NCBI GenBank assembly: GCA_964106915.2
Contig: OZ066916.1
Length of the DNA stretch: 64,000 nucleotides
Strand: one strand, 5' to 3'
Source of the DNA: Podarcis gaigeae
Lineage: Eukaryota
Under the pieces are notes generated by a model. It did not search any database and had not been told where the DNA came from. It saw only the letters and a program-made list of their open reading frames with translations. A program made the position numbers and the translations under genes. Below, piece by piece: positions 39,299 through 51,950 of the stretch; within the stretch, counting starts at the first letter, position 1, and the number at the start of each line of letters is the position of its first letter.

Positions 39299-39551
39299 CA
39301 TGGGTAGACAAACTAAGGCTCAGGGGCTGGATCCGGCCCAATTGCTTTCTACATCTGGCCTGCGGACGGTCCAGGAATCAGCGTGTTTTTATATGAGTAG
39401 AATGTGTGCTTTTATTTAAAATGCATCTCTGGCTTATTTGTGGGGCATAGGAATTTGTCCCCCCCCCCAAAAAAAAAAATATAGTCCAACCCCCCACAAG
39501 GTCTAAGGGACAGTGGATTTGCCCACTGCTGAAAAAGTTTGCTGGCCCCTG
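39299..39551. mobile_element. hAT (Charlie-like) MITE
   Basis: CATGGGTAGACAAACT..AGTTTGCTGGCCCCTG; perfect 8-bp TSD GCTTAAGG; same family at 52680 and 55050. Confidence 0.9.
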
Positions 39552-41625
39552 GCTTAAGGGGAGAGATGGTCTCTCAAATAGCCTGGTAGCAAGGTTGCTT
39601 AAACAACTACCACCACCCTGAATACAGCGGGCCATTGCATACAGCAAATCAAAATCCTCCTCCACTAACTGGATGGGTAAGAAAATATGGGAAACCTCAT
39701 TGTTATTCAAGTTGACATACCAAGCAAGAGCTGTAAGCAATCTTGAAGAAGCTAGACTCCCAGGAAGATGGGCTTTTTTTTGTAACTGCTCGGAATAAAA
39801 CAAATCAATGTAGTGTGTTCCTTATAACTCTTTTTTGCCACTTTAAATATAAAATGTTATACTTTTTCCAAATGGGGAAAATGCTTACATGTGACCACCA
39901 TGAGACTAATCTATTTCTTCCTATTCCCTTATAAAATGTTATTTTAAAAAATTATAAATTTAAGCAAATTTGAAAACGTTTAATTTGCAATCCTTCACTC
40001 ACCTGAACTCAATGGGACTCACTTCGGAGTAGGACTGCATTGTTAATTGTTTATTTAATGATAAAAGTACATGTGCTTAGCAAGATGACTTTTTAAAGTG
40101 ATTTGATTGTTCATTCAGCTCAATTGGTTGTTGAATAAAAGTGCCGCTTTGTATACATTAACAGCCTTTTAAAGACACATTGCCTGAAACAAAACATCTT
40201 CACACTTTCTGAATCTTCTCTTCATATTCTGCTAACAGTATGTAAAGCACATAATGCTAAACAGAGAGCTGTGAATTCAGTCTACAACTTGACAATGAGG
40301 AAAACCTCAAGGCTTCTGTTTGCAAGACTAAGCCAGATTATACTCATTTAGCTCTAGGAAGTTAAAAGATTGGTATCATATTGCAACTTGCTATCATTTT
40401 TTTTTTAAAAAAAAAACCTTGCTCCTCTGGGTCCCCTCTCCTACCCAATCTTACAGGGCCAGGAGCATTATTCAACTCATTCCAGCAAGCTGCTTCCCCC
40501 ATTCAAAAGTGGGGGGCGGGGAGGCAGCACCAGAAATCTGCAAAAACATGCAAGGTAAAGAAAATGTGATCTATAAAATAAAATGAGTGTGATAAACTGG
40601 TTTTTTGGGTGGGTGGGTGGGTGTGTATTCTCTCTATAATCAAGCTCCAAGCAGGCATAGCAGAATTCAAATCTTCAGCACAAAGGCCTGTACTGACATA
40701 TTTCCAGCCAGGAATGGCAGAGATTTCCTGTGGAATGTGGAAAGAAGTTTTCTCAAGGAACCACAAAACTTATTCCTCTCCGCTAAAAGACTAGTCAAAA
40801 CATTTTCTCAAGAAGAGCTGACTAAACTGTAGAGAGGTGGGGTGGGGAAGTTTTAAGCTAAAACATTTTTTCCTTTCAAGAAAGATTAGATGTTAGAACA
40901 GCCACAAGCCAAGTTAAATCTGTTCCACTGAGTACTGTATTCTGCAATGGATCCACCTGGGGTGACAGGGACAAGAGATGGCAGGGGAATGCTGCAATGC
41001 ACCTGGTCTCAGATCAGCTGCATCATTATGGTTACCAGAAGTGGTCAGGAGGCCAGTGTGATCCAGGGGCAGCAGCAGGAGCACCAGACTGCCACAGCAC
41101 CCACATTGCACCAACTTCACTACCACCTCTCCCCTCTTGCTCTTGGTAATCATAGCAGCTGATGGGAGTCCCAATGCAACACACAGCATTCGTCTGTACA
41201 CATACTCTTGAATATGAAGACCAAGTTCTAGCACAGCCAGAGATGGTAGTAATTATTTCAGTGTAACAGAACATGAGACATGCAGACAATGCTTTTTATC
41301 ACATGACAATACAAAGCCAAACAGGAGCTATTGGTAGATCTCTGAATGATTGACAATAGATCAGCAAAGATTGTTTAATAACTGCAGCAGCTCCCACCCT
41401 AAATTATACTAATGTAATGAAGTAAGATTGTGGTAACCAGGAGTGGATCTGTATGTTGAAGGATTGTGAGTTCCGTTCAGTTATGGTACTCAAAACAAAG
41501 TTCCTGGGCTCAGAATTCTGTAATCCTAATTCTCTTTTGCACCAGGCTCTGGCTGCTGGATCTTTGGGTAGATACCTAAAGCTGGGTGTCTGCATGCTCC
41601 AGAGTGTTTTAACAATCAATGTCAC

Positions 41626-42103
41626 TGTGGCGTTTGCCTCCTAGGTGACATCATGCTGGGTCATAAGGAAAGGGTTAAATGAGTGTGAAGTGATTGGCAA
41701 ATGGGAACCTAAGGGGAGGAGTTAGAGTTAGAGTTAGTGTTGTTAAGGAGTCAGTTGAGAGAGGGAGGATAAATCTGTGGGTTGAGATAGTTTGATGTGA
41801 GAGAGTGAGAGAAACTGTTAGGAGGAGTCAGATAGACAGTTGGGATAATCAGTTAGAAGTTATTAGGAAGGTATAGGCCGGTAAAGAAACTAAGATTAAG
41901 AAATTGACAAGAAAAATTATCTGAAACCATAAACTTGTTAATGCTTATAAAATATACTTGTTTATTTGGATTAATGTTAACAACTGTCTGGACTCCGTGC
42001 GTACCCGAGAGAAACGGGTTGGTGGCAGCGGGGAAGCAATCACAGTGGTGGCACAGGGATCAATAGACCATCAAACATCCGGGGACCCTGTGTGATCGCC
42101 ACA
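41626..42103. mobile_element. Solo LTR (478 bp, Gypsy-like)
   Basis: TGTGGCG..CGCCACA termini; 5-bp TSD GTCAC/GTCGC. Confidence 0.8.
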
Positions 42104-43329
42104 GTCGCCTTCACAGAGAACTCTCAGATCTGTAGCTCTAAGAGGGGGTCTCCTCACAGCACACTTGCCAGCTACAGCTCCCATGCATTTCTGTTTCAGG
42201 TAGCATCATATTGCTTCAAGTGCGTGGTGTGAATCTGGCCTGAGGGTTTCTGCCAGGGTGGAATGTATCCTTGAACTCAGATAATACTTTTTGCTTGCCT
42301 GGATGAGGGGTAGAAAGAGGTGTGCACATGAGTGTGGAAACTAGTCTAATGCACAGAGGTAACACTGACAATTATTGCTTTACCAGCCTTTGCCCCTGTT
42401 CCCACCCACCACTGGCATGTGGTTCACCGCAGAAGATTGCCCAGAATGGAATGCAGCTTTCAGACTGAAAAAAGGCTCCCCACCTCTGTTGAAAGAGCCC
42501 TGAAAAGGTGTTTCAAGCTCAGTTCATGGCCCTGGAAATGAACTCCCAAGAATCTTTGTGGGAGATGATCTTAAAACTCTTTATATTATCAAAATAACAT
42601 GCTATCATGAATGGGCTCCCAAGTGTTTTTAGAGCAGAATTCTCTATTTTTAAGGAAATATTTACAGTCTGTCAAGAGGTTATGGCACTGGTGAGAACCC
42701 TGTCAAAAATTGTTGGCTAGTGGCATTTCAGAATAAGCCAAGCTGTTGCTGGTATTTCTTCACTGATTAACCGATGGTAGAAGATAGTGATAAAAAGGAA
42801 GTATTTTAAGGTTATCCTTGTCTAAGGTCCCAATATCATGAACATCTGCAACAGAAAAACTTAGTGTTAACAGCCATCGTCAGCTCATATAGTCTTGAGG
42901 AAAGTTAGTTGATAGCACTGAAGAAAACAAAGGTCCTATAGCACCGCAGAGGCTTGCCAGATCGCTGGAGGGCTTCTACTGCATGAGTGCAATTTTTTAT
43001 TATTTGTGCAGCAGCCATGGGGAAGCCTGAGCAGCTCTGGAAATGGAGGGGGTTAACTCTTTGTCTCCCTTCCACAGCCCCAACAAAATATTCCTCTCTG
43101 AAGTTGCTATCAGGATTTCAAAGGAGGCCTCCATTGACACTAAAGGGAATTTCCCTTGAAAATTCAGTAACTTCAGAGAGGCCTTGTTGGGACTGCAGTA
43201 TGCAGAGAAAGCATTAAACGTACCCTCCTGCCAGTGTAGGCCAACTCAACCTGCTGATGGTTTCCTCGAGAAATCTCTCTTCCTGGCAGGATATTTCCTC
43301 ATAGAACAAACCGAGGGCAGAGACTTGGA

Positions 43330-43623
43330 GCACAATCACACCATCCATTTAAAGCCCCATGATTCCCCTTTAAATAGTCATGGCTTCCCCAAAGAATTCT
43401 GGGAGCTGTAGTTAATTGTCAGAAGACCCCTAATTCCCCTCACAGAGCTACCATTCCAGAGTTCCCAGGGAAGAGGCATTGCCTTGCAAATTGTGGCTCC
43501 TGGAAGGGAATAGGGGTCCCCTAACAATTCTCAGCACCCTTAAACTCCCAGAATTCTTTGGAGGAAAACATGACTCTTTAAAATGGTACCATGGTGCCTT
43601 AAATGTACGGTATGAATGTGGCC
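43330..43623. mobile_element. Palindromic MITE (Harbinger-like)
   Basis: Long degenerate inverted arms (catttaaag..agtcatggcttccccaaagaattctggga / tcccagaattctttggaggaaaacatgact..taaatg). Confidence 0.7.
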
Positions 43624-44216
43624 TCAGTTGTTAAATACAGCCCAAGGTAGTCACATTGCCTACCTTTGGCTATTTGATTAGGCAGGAATTTGCAAGGCAG
43701 AGATGAACACAAAAGGTGGTATGCTTACACATAGGGAAGATAGGAAGATTCCCACATAAATCAGTTGCTAGCTCACCTGTATACTGAAGGTAAGTGTCAG
43801 CAACATGCACTTTCCACAGAACATAACACTCAACACCAGGCCTCAGCTGACTCATGACCCCTGCTCCTCAAGATTAACTGTGCTTTCATCATTAGTGAGT
43901 TGCACTTCATCAATAACTGTGAATCAATGCCTGCCTCAAGTTACTTAAGGGCGTAGACCTACCTTACCTTTCTGCTTCTTGCATCTTTTGACATTTCTTT
44001 CCCCTGCTTCTGTATTTAAAACACTGGCAGATGGGGGGGAGGGAAGCTGCCACTCTGTCAAGTTAGAATAGTCAGCCCCATTAATTCATTTTATAATTTA
44101 TTGCATTTATATTCTGCCCTTTGTTCAAGGAGGTCAGAAAAGCATACATGGTCATCCATGCTTGATTTGAGCCCACCAGGTAAGGTCAATTAGGCTGAAT
44201 GACAGGCCAAAGGTCA

Positions 44217-44290
44217 CACAGAATCACAGAACTGTATAGTTTGAAGAGACCCCCGAGTCATCTAATCCAACCCCCTGCAATGCAGGGCTC
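44217..44290 (-). mobile_element. CR1 3' tail fragment within a MIR-like SINE
   Basis: cacagaatcacagaa repeat plus tcatctaatccaaccccctg, as at 59433. Confidence 0.6.
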
Positions 44291-44590
44291 TCAACACATG
44301 GTCCCCCATCCAATTTGAAACCCTACAGGACCTTGCTTAGCAATCTCTGCAGACCTAGTCCAATCCCTGCATCACATTGGCTTTCATGGCAAAGCTGCTG
44401 AAATCTGGTGGGAGTGGGGTTGCACACACATGCACATATCTATGTGCTTAGAATCTGTAATAATTCTGAAATTGCAAACACTTTTCAGCCTGTCTCCCTA
44501 CTTAGCCCTTAAGGATGTGTGTGTGTATATATATGTATGTATGCAGGTTTTGGTGTCCTCGGGTGTCTTCCCGTGTAAAAGTTGGGGTGT

Positions 44591-44638
44591 CTAGGCGACG
44601 TTTCGACGAGGTCTCACTCGTCATCTTCAGGCTGGTGC
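44591..44638 (-). ncRNA. Minimal type I hammerhead ribozyme motif in the 3' pLTR
   Basis: CUGAAGA-U-GACGAG(UGAGAC)CUCGUC-GAAACGUC: intact core, 6-bp stem II, palindromic ACGU in place of stem III, GUC cleavage triplet, short stem I. Confidence 0.75.
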
Positions 44639-46256
44639 TTTCGGCTTCTTGTTACTGGAACAGAGTGGGATCTCAATGTTTGAGTTCCTATAAATACTGT
44701 AGAGGGGGTGTGGTGTCTAGCCTCCAATGTTCTGGGCAGAGAGGAAGTTCCCAGGCTAGTGTGCCTTTTCTTCTTTTGTTCCTTAATTACTTGAGAGATA
44801 CCTTGAGTGATTTCTTGAGTGATATCCTGAGTACCACTTAGGTGGGTCATTAGGTGTGGATTAGTTGCTAAAGTCTTTGTGTCTTGACCTCTTGAACTTT
44901 GTGAAGAGTTTTCCTGAGAAGATGGCTGTATTGCACTTAGTTGTGCTTTGGCTTGGCTTCGTGTATAGGGGCGAGCTGTGGTTTTGTGGCTTGTGTCAGC
45001 CAGATCTGTGTAGGGATTGCAGGGGGGTGCAGCATCCGGAGGTGCCACCATGGATTGGCTACTGGATGGTGTCAGTAATTCATCTGTGGAGAGGGTCTGG
45101 GTTTGGGTCTGGTGTGGTTGATTGGTGTTGGCGTTCTGTGTGCCTCTGGATCTGGTGTCAGTTTTTGTGGGGAGGGCTAATTTCCAGATGTCTGGCAAGC
45201 GGGATGTGTCGTCACGCTTGTTCATGTTGTGAGGGTGTTTCTCTATCTCGATGGCTTCCATGATTATTCTCTTGTGGTGATGTTCCGTGTTAAAGAGCAA
45301 TTTGGAATCTGCAAAATTAATTTCGTGTCCTGTTTCTTTCATGTGTTGGAAAAGAGAGGAAGTTTTTTCTTCTTTTTTGACGGCATTCTTGTGTTCTGCG
45401 ATACGTGCATTTATTCGTCTGTTTGTTTGTCCAATGTACGTGGCTGGGCAGACTTTGCAGGGTATTTCATAGATCCCTTGGTTTTCCAACTGGATTTTAT
45501 CCTTGGGGTTTCTGAGGATATTGGCTATTTTTTGGTTGGTGCAAAAGGCTGTTTTGATATTGTGTTTATGGAGGATTTTGCTAATTTTATCTGTAGTGCC
45601 CTTGATATAAGGAAGGAGGGCCATGCCATTGTTTTCTTCTGTGTCTTGGTTTTTGGGGGGTGTTTCCTTTTGGATTAGCTTCGTAATCCTGTTTTGCTGG
45701 TATCCATTGGCAATTAACACATTTGAGAGATTCTGTAACTCAGTTGTCAAGTGGTCTTTGTCAGCCAGGCGTTTGGTTCTGGAGATGAGAGTCTTGGCTA
45801 CGGAGTTTATTTGTGCAGGGTGGTGGTGTGATTGTGCATGTAAGTAGCGGTTGGTGTGTGTTTTTTTCTGGTAGATAGTGTGTCCTAGGGAGCCATCAGG
45901 TTTTTTGTAGATTAGGACGTCAAGGAAGGGAAGTTGGTTGTTGGCTTCTATTTCCATAGTGAATTGTATTTTGGGGTGTAAGTTGTTGAGATGTGTGAGG
46001 AAGCTATCCAGTTTTTCCTTCCCGTGTGGCCAAATTACAAAGGTGTCGTCAACATATCTGAGCCAAAGTTTGGGTTTGTGTTCTGACTTGTCTAAAGCAT
46101 TGGTTTCAAAGTGTTCCATGTACAGGTTTGCGATGACCGGTGAGAGGGGTGATCCCATAGGTGCTCCTTCTATCTGTTTGTATCTTTGTCCATTGTGGAT
46201 GAAGTACGTGTTGGTTAGGCAGTGGTTGGTCAGGTCCAAGATGTATTCGGGGGGAT
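44614..46256 (-). CDS. Penelope-like RT (C-terminal part) + GIY-YIG endonuclease, N-terminally truncated, open frame
   Basis: QIEGAPMGSPLSPVIAN, LRYVDDTF (~46045-46056), LPFLDV, GIYEIPCKVCPATYIGQT (45477-45430) with downstream His residues (CCHH). No stop codons over >540 codons. Confidence 0.92.
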
Positions 46257-46296
46257 CTGAAGATGACGAGTGAGACCTCGTCGAAACGTCGCCTAG
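46257..46296 (+). ncRNA. Second hammerhead core in the inverted pLTR (lacks native 5' stem I strand)
   Basis: Identical CTGAAGATGACGAGTGAGACCTCGTCGAAACGTC beginning exactly at the inversion junction. Confidence 0.65.
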
Positions 46297-46376
46297 ACAC
46301 CCCAACTTTTACACGGGAAGACACCCGAGGACACCAAAACCTGCATTCCTGTACCCGTGAAAATCTACGAAAGCAA

Positions 46377-46394
46377 ATATGTATGTATGTGTAT

Positions 46395-46460
<66 letters not shown>
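46377..46460. repeat. Compound (TATG)(CA)(TA)(GA) microsatellite
   Basis: Direct inspection; continues on the left of the PLE at 44516-44543. Confidence 0.95.
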
Positions 46461-46464
<4 letters not shown>

Positions 46465-48611
46465 GGGCCATTAGAACTAAAAAGTCTGAAGTGCCATGTT
46501 CTCTGAATCTGCATCAGGGGAAGCAGCCCCTTTGAACATTTGACTTACAATGGAAGCACACTTCTTAAAGTATCTTTTTTATTCTTATATAACTGAAACT
46601 CGTTGTGACCCAAACAGCTACTGAACATGCTGTAGCTTTTCCAGAAACTTTGTATTGACATCATCAAATGTGAACTCAAATCAGATCATCAGTAAGCCCC
46701 AGTATAAGTAAATATGCATACCCATGGATGCAGGGGAAAGGTGAAAGTGTGCCACCCATTTACTAGTTTCACATCCGCTGGTGCTTTTTGTGTTTTCTTA
46801 GGCTCATCTTTCTAACCACAGGGGCCAAAATGTGTCCTTTATGTGCTAAAAATGGGATGAGAACAGTTACGATGCCAGATTTGTCATAAGACTTCATAGC
46901 CAAATGTCATTAAAGACAGTAAACAGCCAATGGACAAGCCAACACTTCTCACTTGCAGAATCAGAGGTTCAGCAATGCTAGCAAGTATACTTACACCATT
47001 TAGGAAATCAGCTGAAAGCCACCCCTTTTTAAACAACTTTCAAAAGACCATCCTTCCAAGCAGCACCCACATTTTTTTTTAAAAAATGCATGCATTCTAT
47101 GGCATTTTATGAGTTCAAAACCCAAAGAGAATTATGTATAAAAGTATATTTTAACTGGTTTTTCTCATCCAGCACCCCAGAAGTCACCATATTCATATTG
47201 AAATTTAAACGGACCACTTGCCAGCAGAACCTGTTGCAGCATAGTGCTCAGAAACTCAACTAACTCTTCAGACTCCATCTCTTGAGTTCTACAGGTATGT
47301 GGAATCATGCTTCAAAATGTACATGAGAGCACATACAAACCCACATTATGATTACCTTCTTGTTAAGCTGCTAGCCATAGTGTTAGATGACCCATTAGGT
47401 TTCCACTTCTTCTTTTTAATAGCATCAAGGGTCACCAATCTTTCAAAGCTCATGGACACATTTGGATTTCTGGGCAAATGCCATGGAAACCACCCTTCTG
47501 GTCACTTCTCCCCCTCCAGCAAATTGCTCCATTCGAACCCAAAAGAAGACAGAAAAAGAGAAGGGACACACATACAGCTGAAGTGGGAAAATATGCCACT
47601 CTTTGCACATCCTCCTGCCTCACCAGCTCCATGACCAAGAGGGCAGTAAGGCTGTGTGTGGGTGTCAGAAGCTTTGTGGGCACCAGGAGAAGAACTTATG
47701 GATGCCATTGTGCTTGCCATTTTGGCAACTATGGCGCAGCTAATGTCACAAATATTCCATCAAGGTGTTTCTGAAGACAGAAAATAATCCCAGTTAACTC
47801 AAAGTTCATTTCAGAGTATCTGATGTGTGTGAGCAGGCTACAGTTTTAACAAAGTGCACAAAACCATCTTTTTTGTTAAAATCATTCTTAAACCACAGCA
47901 CCTGAGCATATATATTTTTTATAAAAAAAAACCAAAACAAATTGAACACTCTCCCACACACACTAATAATCAGAACAATCAAAAAACAGTTATGAATCAT
48001 AAACCAATGAACCAAAATGATTCAGTACTTTGTCAGCTGAAATACAGCAATCCTTGAAAAGGATTGTGACTGGCAATCAAAACAAAATAATGAATATGCA
48101 GTAGACTGTTACCCAACAGCAAAAGAAAGTTTGGGGAAGGGGGTTGTTAATTCAAGTTACATGCCTGTTGGGTAATGACACATCTGCCTCTAACAGCATC
48201 CAATTCTATGAGCCATCACACAGAGGCAGCAACTCAGTGTTCTGGGCACAGTGGTCTCAGCAACATCACAGTGGGACCAATTAGACCCTTGCACTAGAGG
48301 AAAAAGTGCTGGCACCCCTCCATCCAGTGAAGCAACTCCAGCACACTTCAAGCTAAGCCTTTCCCAAAGACTTATTCAGGAGAACACGGGGCTTGGTCTA
48401 CTGCCAAAGAACCAGCAATGCCACAGCCACAACAGTGGCTGTTTCCAAAGCAGCAAGAGAATTTTGCAGAGTGACTCCACTAATTGCCAAGTATGGGAAA
48501 CAACTTTAATTTTCACTCTACAAATGAGTTTGCAAGGGGTCAGTTAAAGCTAATCTATTGGATTTAAATTTACCTAACACAACAGCAATACTTCCTCACG
48601 CCATGGTTCAT

Positions 48612-48945
48612 ACCTGAAGGTCCTGTATAACTGAAGGAGCGTCTCCACCCCCATCGCTCAGGCCGGACACTGAGGTCCAGCACCAAGGGCCTTCTGGCAG
48701 TTCCCTCACTGCGGGAAGTGAGGCTACAGGGAAGCAGGCAGAGGGCCTTCTTGGTAGTGGTGCCTGCCCTGTGGAATGTCCTCCCATCAGACGTCAAGGA
48801 AAAAAGCAACTATCCTACTTTTAAAAGACACCTGAAGGCAGTCCTTCAGGGAAGTTTTAATGTTTAATGCTCTATTGTGTTTTTAATATTTGATTGGGAG
48901 CCACCCAGAGTGCTGGGGAAATAATAATAATTATTATTATTATTC
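48612..48945 (+). mobile_element. L2 LINE 3' fragment
   Basis: Degenerate RT C-terminal end (YLKERL.P..., RAF.V.P.LWN.LP) plus gccacccagagtg tail and (TAA/TTA)n. Confidence 0.8.
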
Positions 48946-50034
48946 ATAAAGAACACAATCTTTTGTTCTTTCTGGAACATACACATATACATAGAACTAT
49001 TGGTGAGGAAACTTCACCAGCAGGTCCCTGCTTCAAGTCTTCCAACCAAAACCCTCTAAAGGTTTTGAAATGAGAGTGGCCTTGCATCTGAAAGCCCAGA
49101 GCAATGGAACTCCCAGACATACCAAGCCAATGTCCCCCCATCCCACCATAAGGCTTTCAGGGCCACACCCTGTTACTTGTTAATTAAGACTTTGTGCTCA
49201 CCTGGCCAAGAACCAGCTCACCCATCAAGTGAGCTTCCAGGTAACAAAAGGCCATCATTGAAATGCAAGAGCAATAGATGGGGAATTGTCTTCTGTAAAT
49301 AACCTCTGCTATTTATATCCATTGCCAGTTTCTTCTTTGTTTAATCTACTGATTCAGTCCTCCTCCTTTATGCTTTGGATTGTTACTTTCCCCTCCACCA
49401 ACCCCTCTTTTGCCTTCCAAATACTTTCAGGAGTATTCACACATTCCATTTAATGAGTGAACCATCTGTGCACCTCTACATGCACCTCTATTTGAGCTTT
49501 AAAAATCAGCAAATGTACACTCTTTCACCCAACACTTGTACATGTGCAGAGCCAGCCTGTGCCCTTGTTTAGTGTGTAACATATGTACAAGTCTATTGTT
49601 ACATTCATAAACTGCTCCGTATGCATTTCATTTATTTATTACTTTCATTAATTTCTATCCTGCCTTTCAGAAACATTCTCACAAGACAGCAAGCACAAAT
49701 GCATAAACTAAGCATAGCTAAGACTATCAACACATTAAAAGAACCGGCACATTTAAATAACTACCAGCCACAAAACACCATGTAATCAAATATTTGTAGA
49801 AAAGCACCACAAAATTCAGCAGCAGTTTCTTGTGCTTTTCTATTAATAAACTCCCTTTCTTGGTTAAGTTGTGGTGCCTTGGCTCTCTCCTTCCTTTCCA
49901 GAAACCTAGTGGCATCACTCCAAGACCAAGCTTCCTAAGATAGGCATGCTAATTTCTGTTAATTTGGCAAAGGTACCAGTTTCCTCAGTCAGCTCTACTG
50001 AGTGGATAGCCAGACTAGAGCAAGTGCAGAAGGG

Positions 50035-50115
50035 AATAAGAACGTAAGAAGAGCTCTACTGGATCAGGCCAGAGATAGATGTGGGCCAGCATCCTGTTCT
50101 CACAGTGGCCAACCA
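50035..50115 (-). mobile_element. CR1-like 3' tail fragment
   Basis: taagaacgtaagaagagc..ctggatcaggcca..ccagcatcctgttctcacagtggcc. Confidence 0.6.
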
Positions 50116-51776
50116 GGCACAATCATCCTGACAGGACAAGGGCAGTATGGGAGGTTTGTGCATATGCTCCATTTAAACATTAGTGACATACGTGCACTGG
50201 CATGTCAATATGGGGTAGGATGTGATCTCCCTGCCTTCACTGCATGTTCAGTATATTTTCTTCAGTGAAGAAATAGACAGGCTTTCAAACCCTCTTCGGT
50301 ATGTTAAGAAACGACAGGGTTTGTTAAGGCCAGTTTAAACAGAACAAACGTCCTTTTGGCTTGCTTTGCCTATAGAGTTATGTTTAAGGAATCAGAAGGC
50401 AAACTTTTAACAGCTCTTCTGCCCACTATGCAACTGCTGTGGGTTGGTGTTCTTGTCTACTTAATGCCAACTTATATCCTTCCTAAATCAGATGATCCCT
50501 ATTCTGCAAGTTATTGATCTCCCTGGAGGTGGACACTTCTGTCAAGTCTCTAGGGTTCATCCATCTCTTCAGGGCAATGCTTTCGTTTCTTGATGAGATA
50601 TTGTGTGAAATTCATCTCTATAGGGGAGGACATTTCTGTAGATATTACAGTTAGATCCCACCTCCATTTTCATTCTGGTCAAACAGTTGAGGCTGATCCT
50701 CTCTAACACAGGAACTTGCTTTTCCCTGTGTTACCTGCAGCTTAAATCTGAATGTTTGAGCTACTATTAACTTGTATTTGAGCTTCACCCATCCTTAACT
50801 GACTCCCTAGTTTTCTGTGTAGAAAGGTTCTTTATTTTAAGAGGAGGGGCATAGAGGTCTGTCCCATCATGTGAAACCCACTTCAGTTTGAAGCAAAGCA
50901 GCCCTGGCATAAGGTTACTTCTGCCTTGTGACCTAGGTCTAAACATCATATGCAGTCATTTAACAATTTGCATCAAATTAGCAAATTCTCAAATAATGAG
51001 CAAACTTAGTGAGCAAGTTGCAAGGGGCAAGGAGTGCAGCTTTCCAAACGCTAGACAGCTGCTTATGTACAGCCACATCATAGTCTTAACTAAACAGATG
51101 AAGTTTGGGAACATCAGGGCTAGAAATCTGGGAGCTAGTCCAGTTCCAACCCCAAATCTGCCAACTTTAAAGCTTCCCAACAGGTTTTATAGCAGCAATC
51201 AAAACAGCAGGCTCTAAATTAAAGATTTTATTAAGCAAGGCAGCCAACATTCTGCAAGGCCACGCACCCAAATCATGCTGAAAATGGCTATTGGACACTT
51301 TTGAGATTATAAGATTATATTCTTAAAAGAACAACAACAAAAATCTGCTAAGGGAAGCATTTGCCCTGGGAAAAGCTTCCATTATCCCTGGGTCAGGGTA
51401 GGGATGTGTGTGTATTATACATATAAAACGTCTGCTCTATACACAAATACAATAAAATCCAGGTTGTTAGAAGCAGCTTTTATCCTACATGTGGAGTGTT
51501 TATCAAACTACATTTTTTTACAGAAGTTGACCCAGCTTTTCAAGTACTTCTAATCTTTCCAGGTCTCCATTGAGTATCTGGAATCCAAATGTTGTGTGTT
51601 CCCATGTATTCTGCCCTCTGCCACAAGAGAGATCTTTGGTTTCTTCCCTTGTGTGCATTTATTTTTTTTTGGAGGGGAGGAAATCTGAATCCCTGCATAG
51701 CAGAATGAATTGCTTCTTTTCGTCCCTAGTGCAAAAGATTCAGATTTGTTAAAAGGCAGGATAAAAGCACCAAATT

Positions 51777-51950
51777 CAGTGTACCCCCCCCTAAAAAATG
51801 TTTAGGCAGTACTCTCATTTTGACTCAAGAAAATCACCATTTTACAGTTCAAATAGGGAAAAATAAATACTGTAAATGGACATAAGTACAAAGATTCACA
51901 AAATGTTTAGGGGTATATGTACCCCTGTGTCCCCCCAGAAAAAAGCACTG
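51777..51950. mobile_element. hAT-like MITE
   Basis: CAGTG..CACTG ends; 8-bp TSD ACCAAATT/ACCAAACT. Confidence 0.75.

Larger units (their letters stand above)
44541..46376 (-). mobile_element. Penelope-like element (Poseidon-type), 5'-truncated with inverted pLTR
   Basis: RT + GIY-YIG ORF; identical 90-bp inverted repeats at 44541-44630 and 46257-46346; ~30-nt extension on the right copy; direct repeat ATATGTATGTATG flanking both sides within a microsatellite. Confidence 0.95.

Noticed and set aside
46257-46305. N-terminus MGCLGDVSTRSHSSSS of the 563-aa ORF
   Set aside because: It is a TTG start in the antisense of the inverted pLTR, a junction artefact. The RT is N-terminally truncated, so this copy is not autonomous.
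44515-46535. Plus-strand ORFs over the Penelope element
   Set aside because: Antisense shadows of the RT ORF and microsatellite translations.
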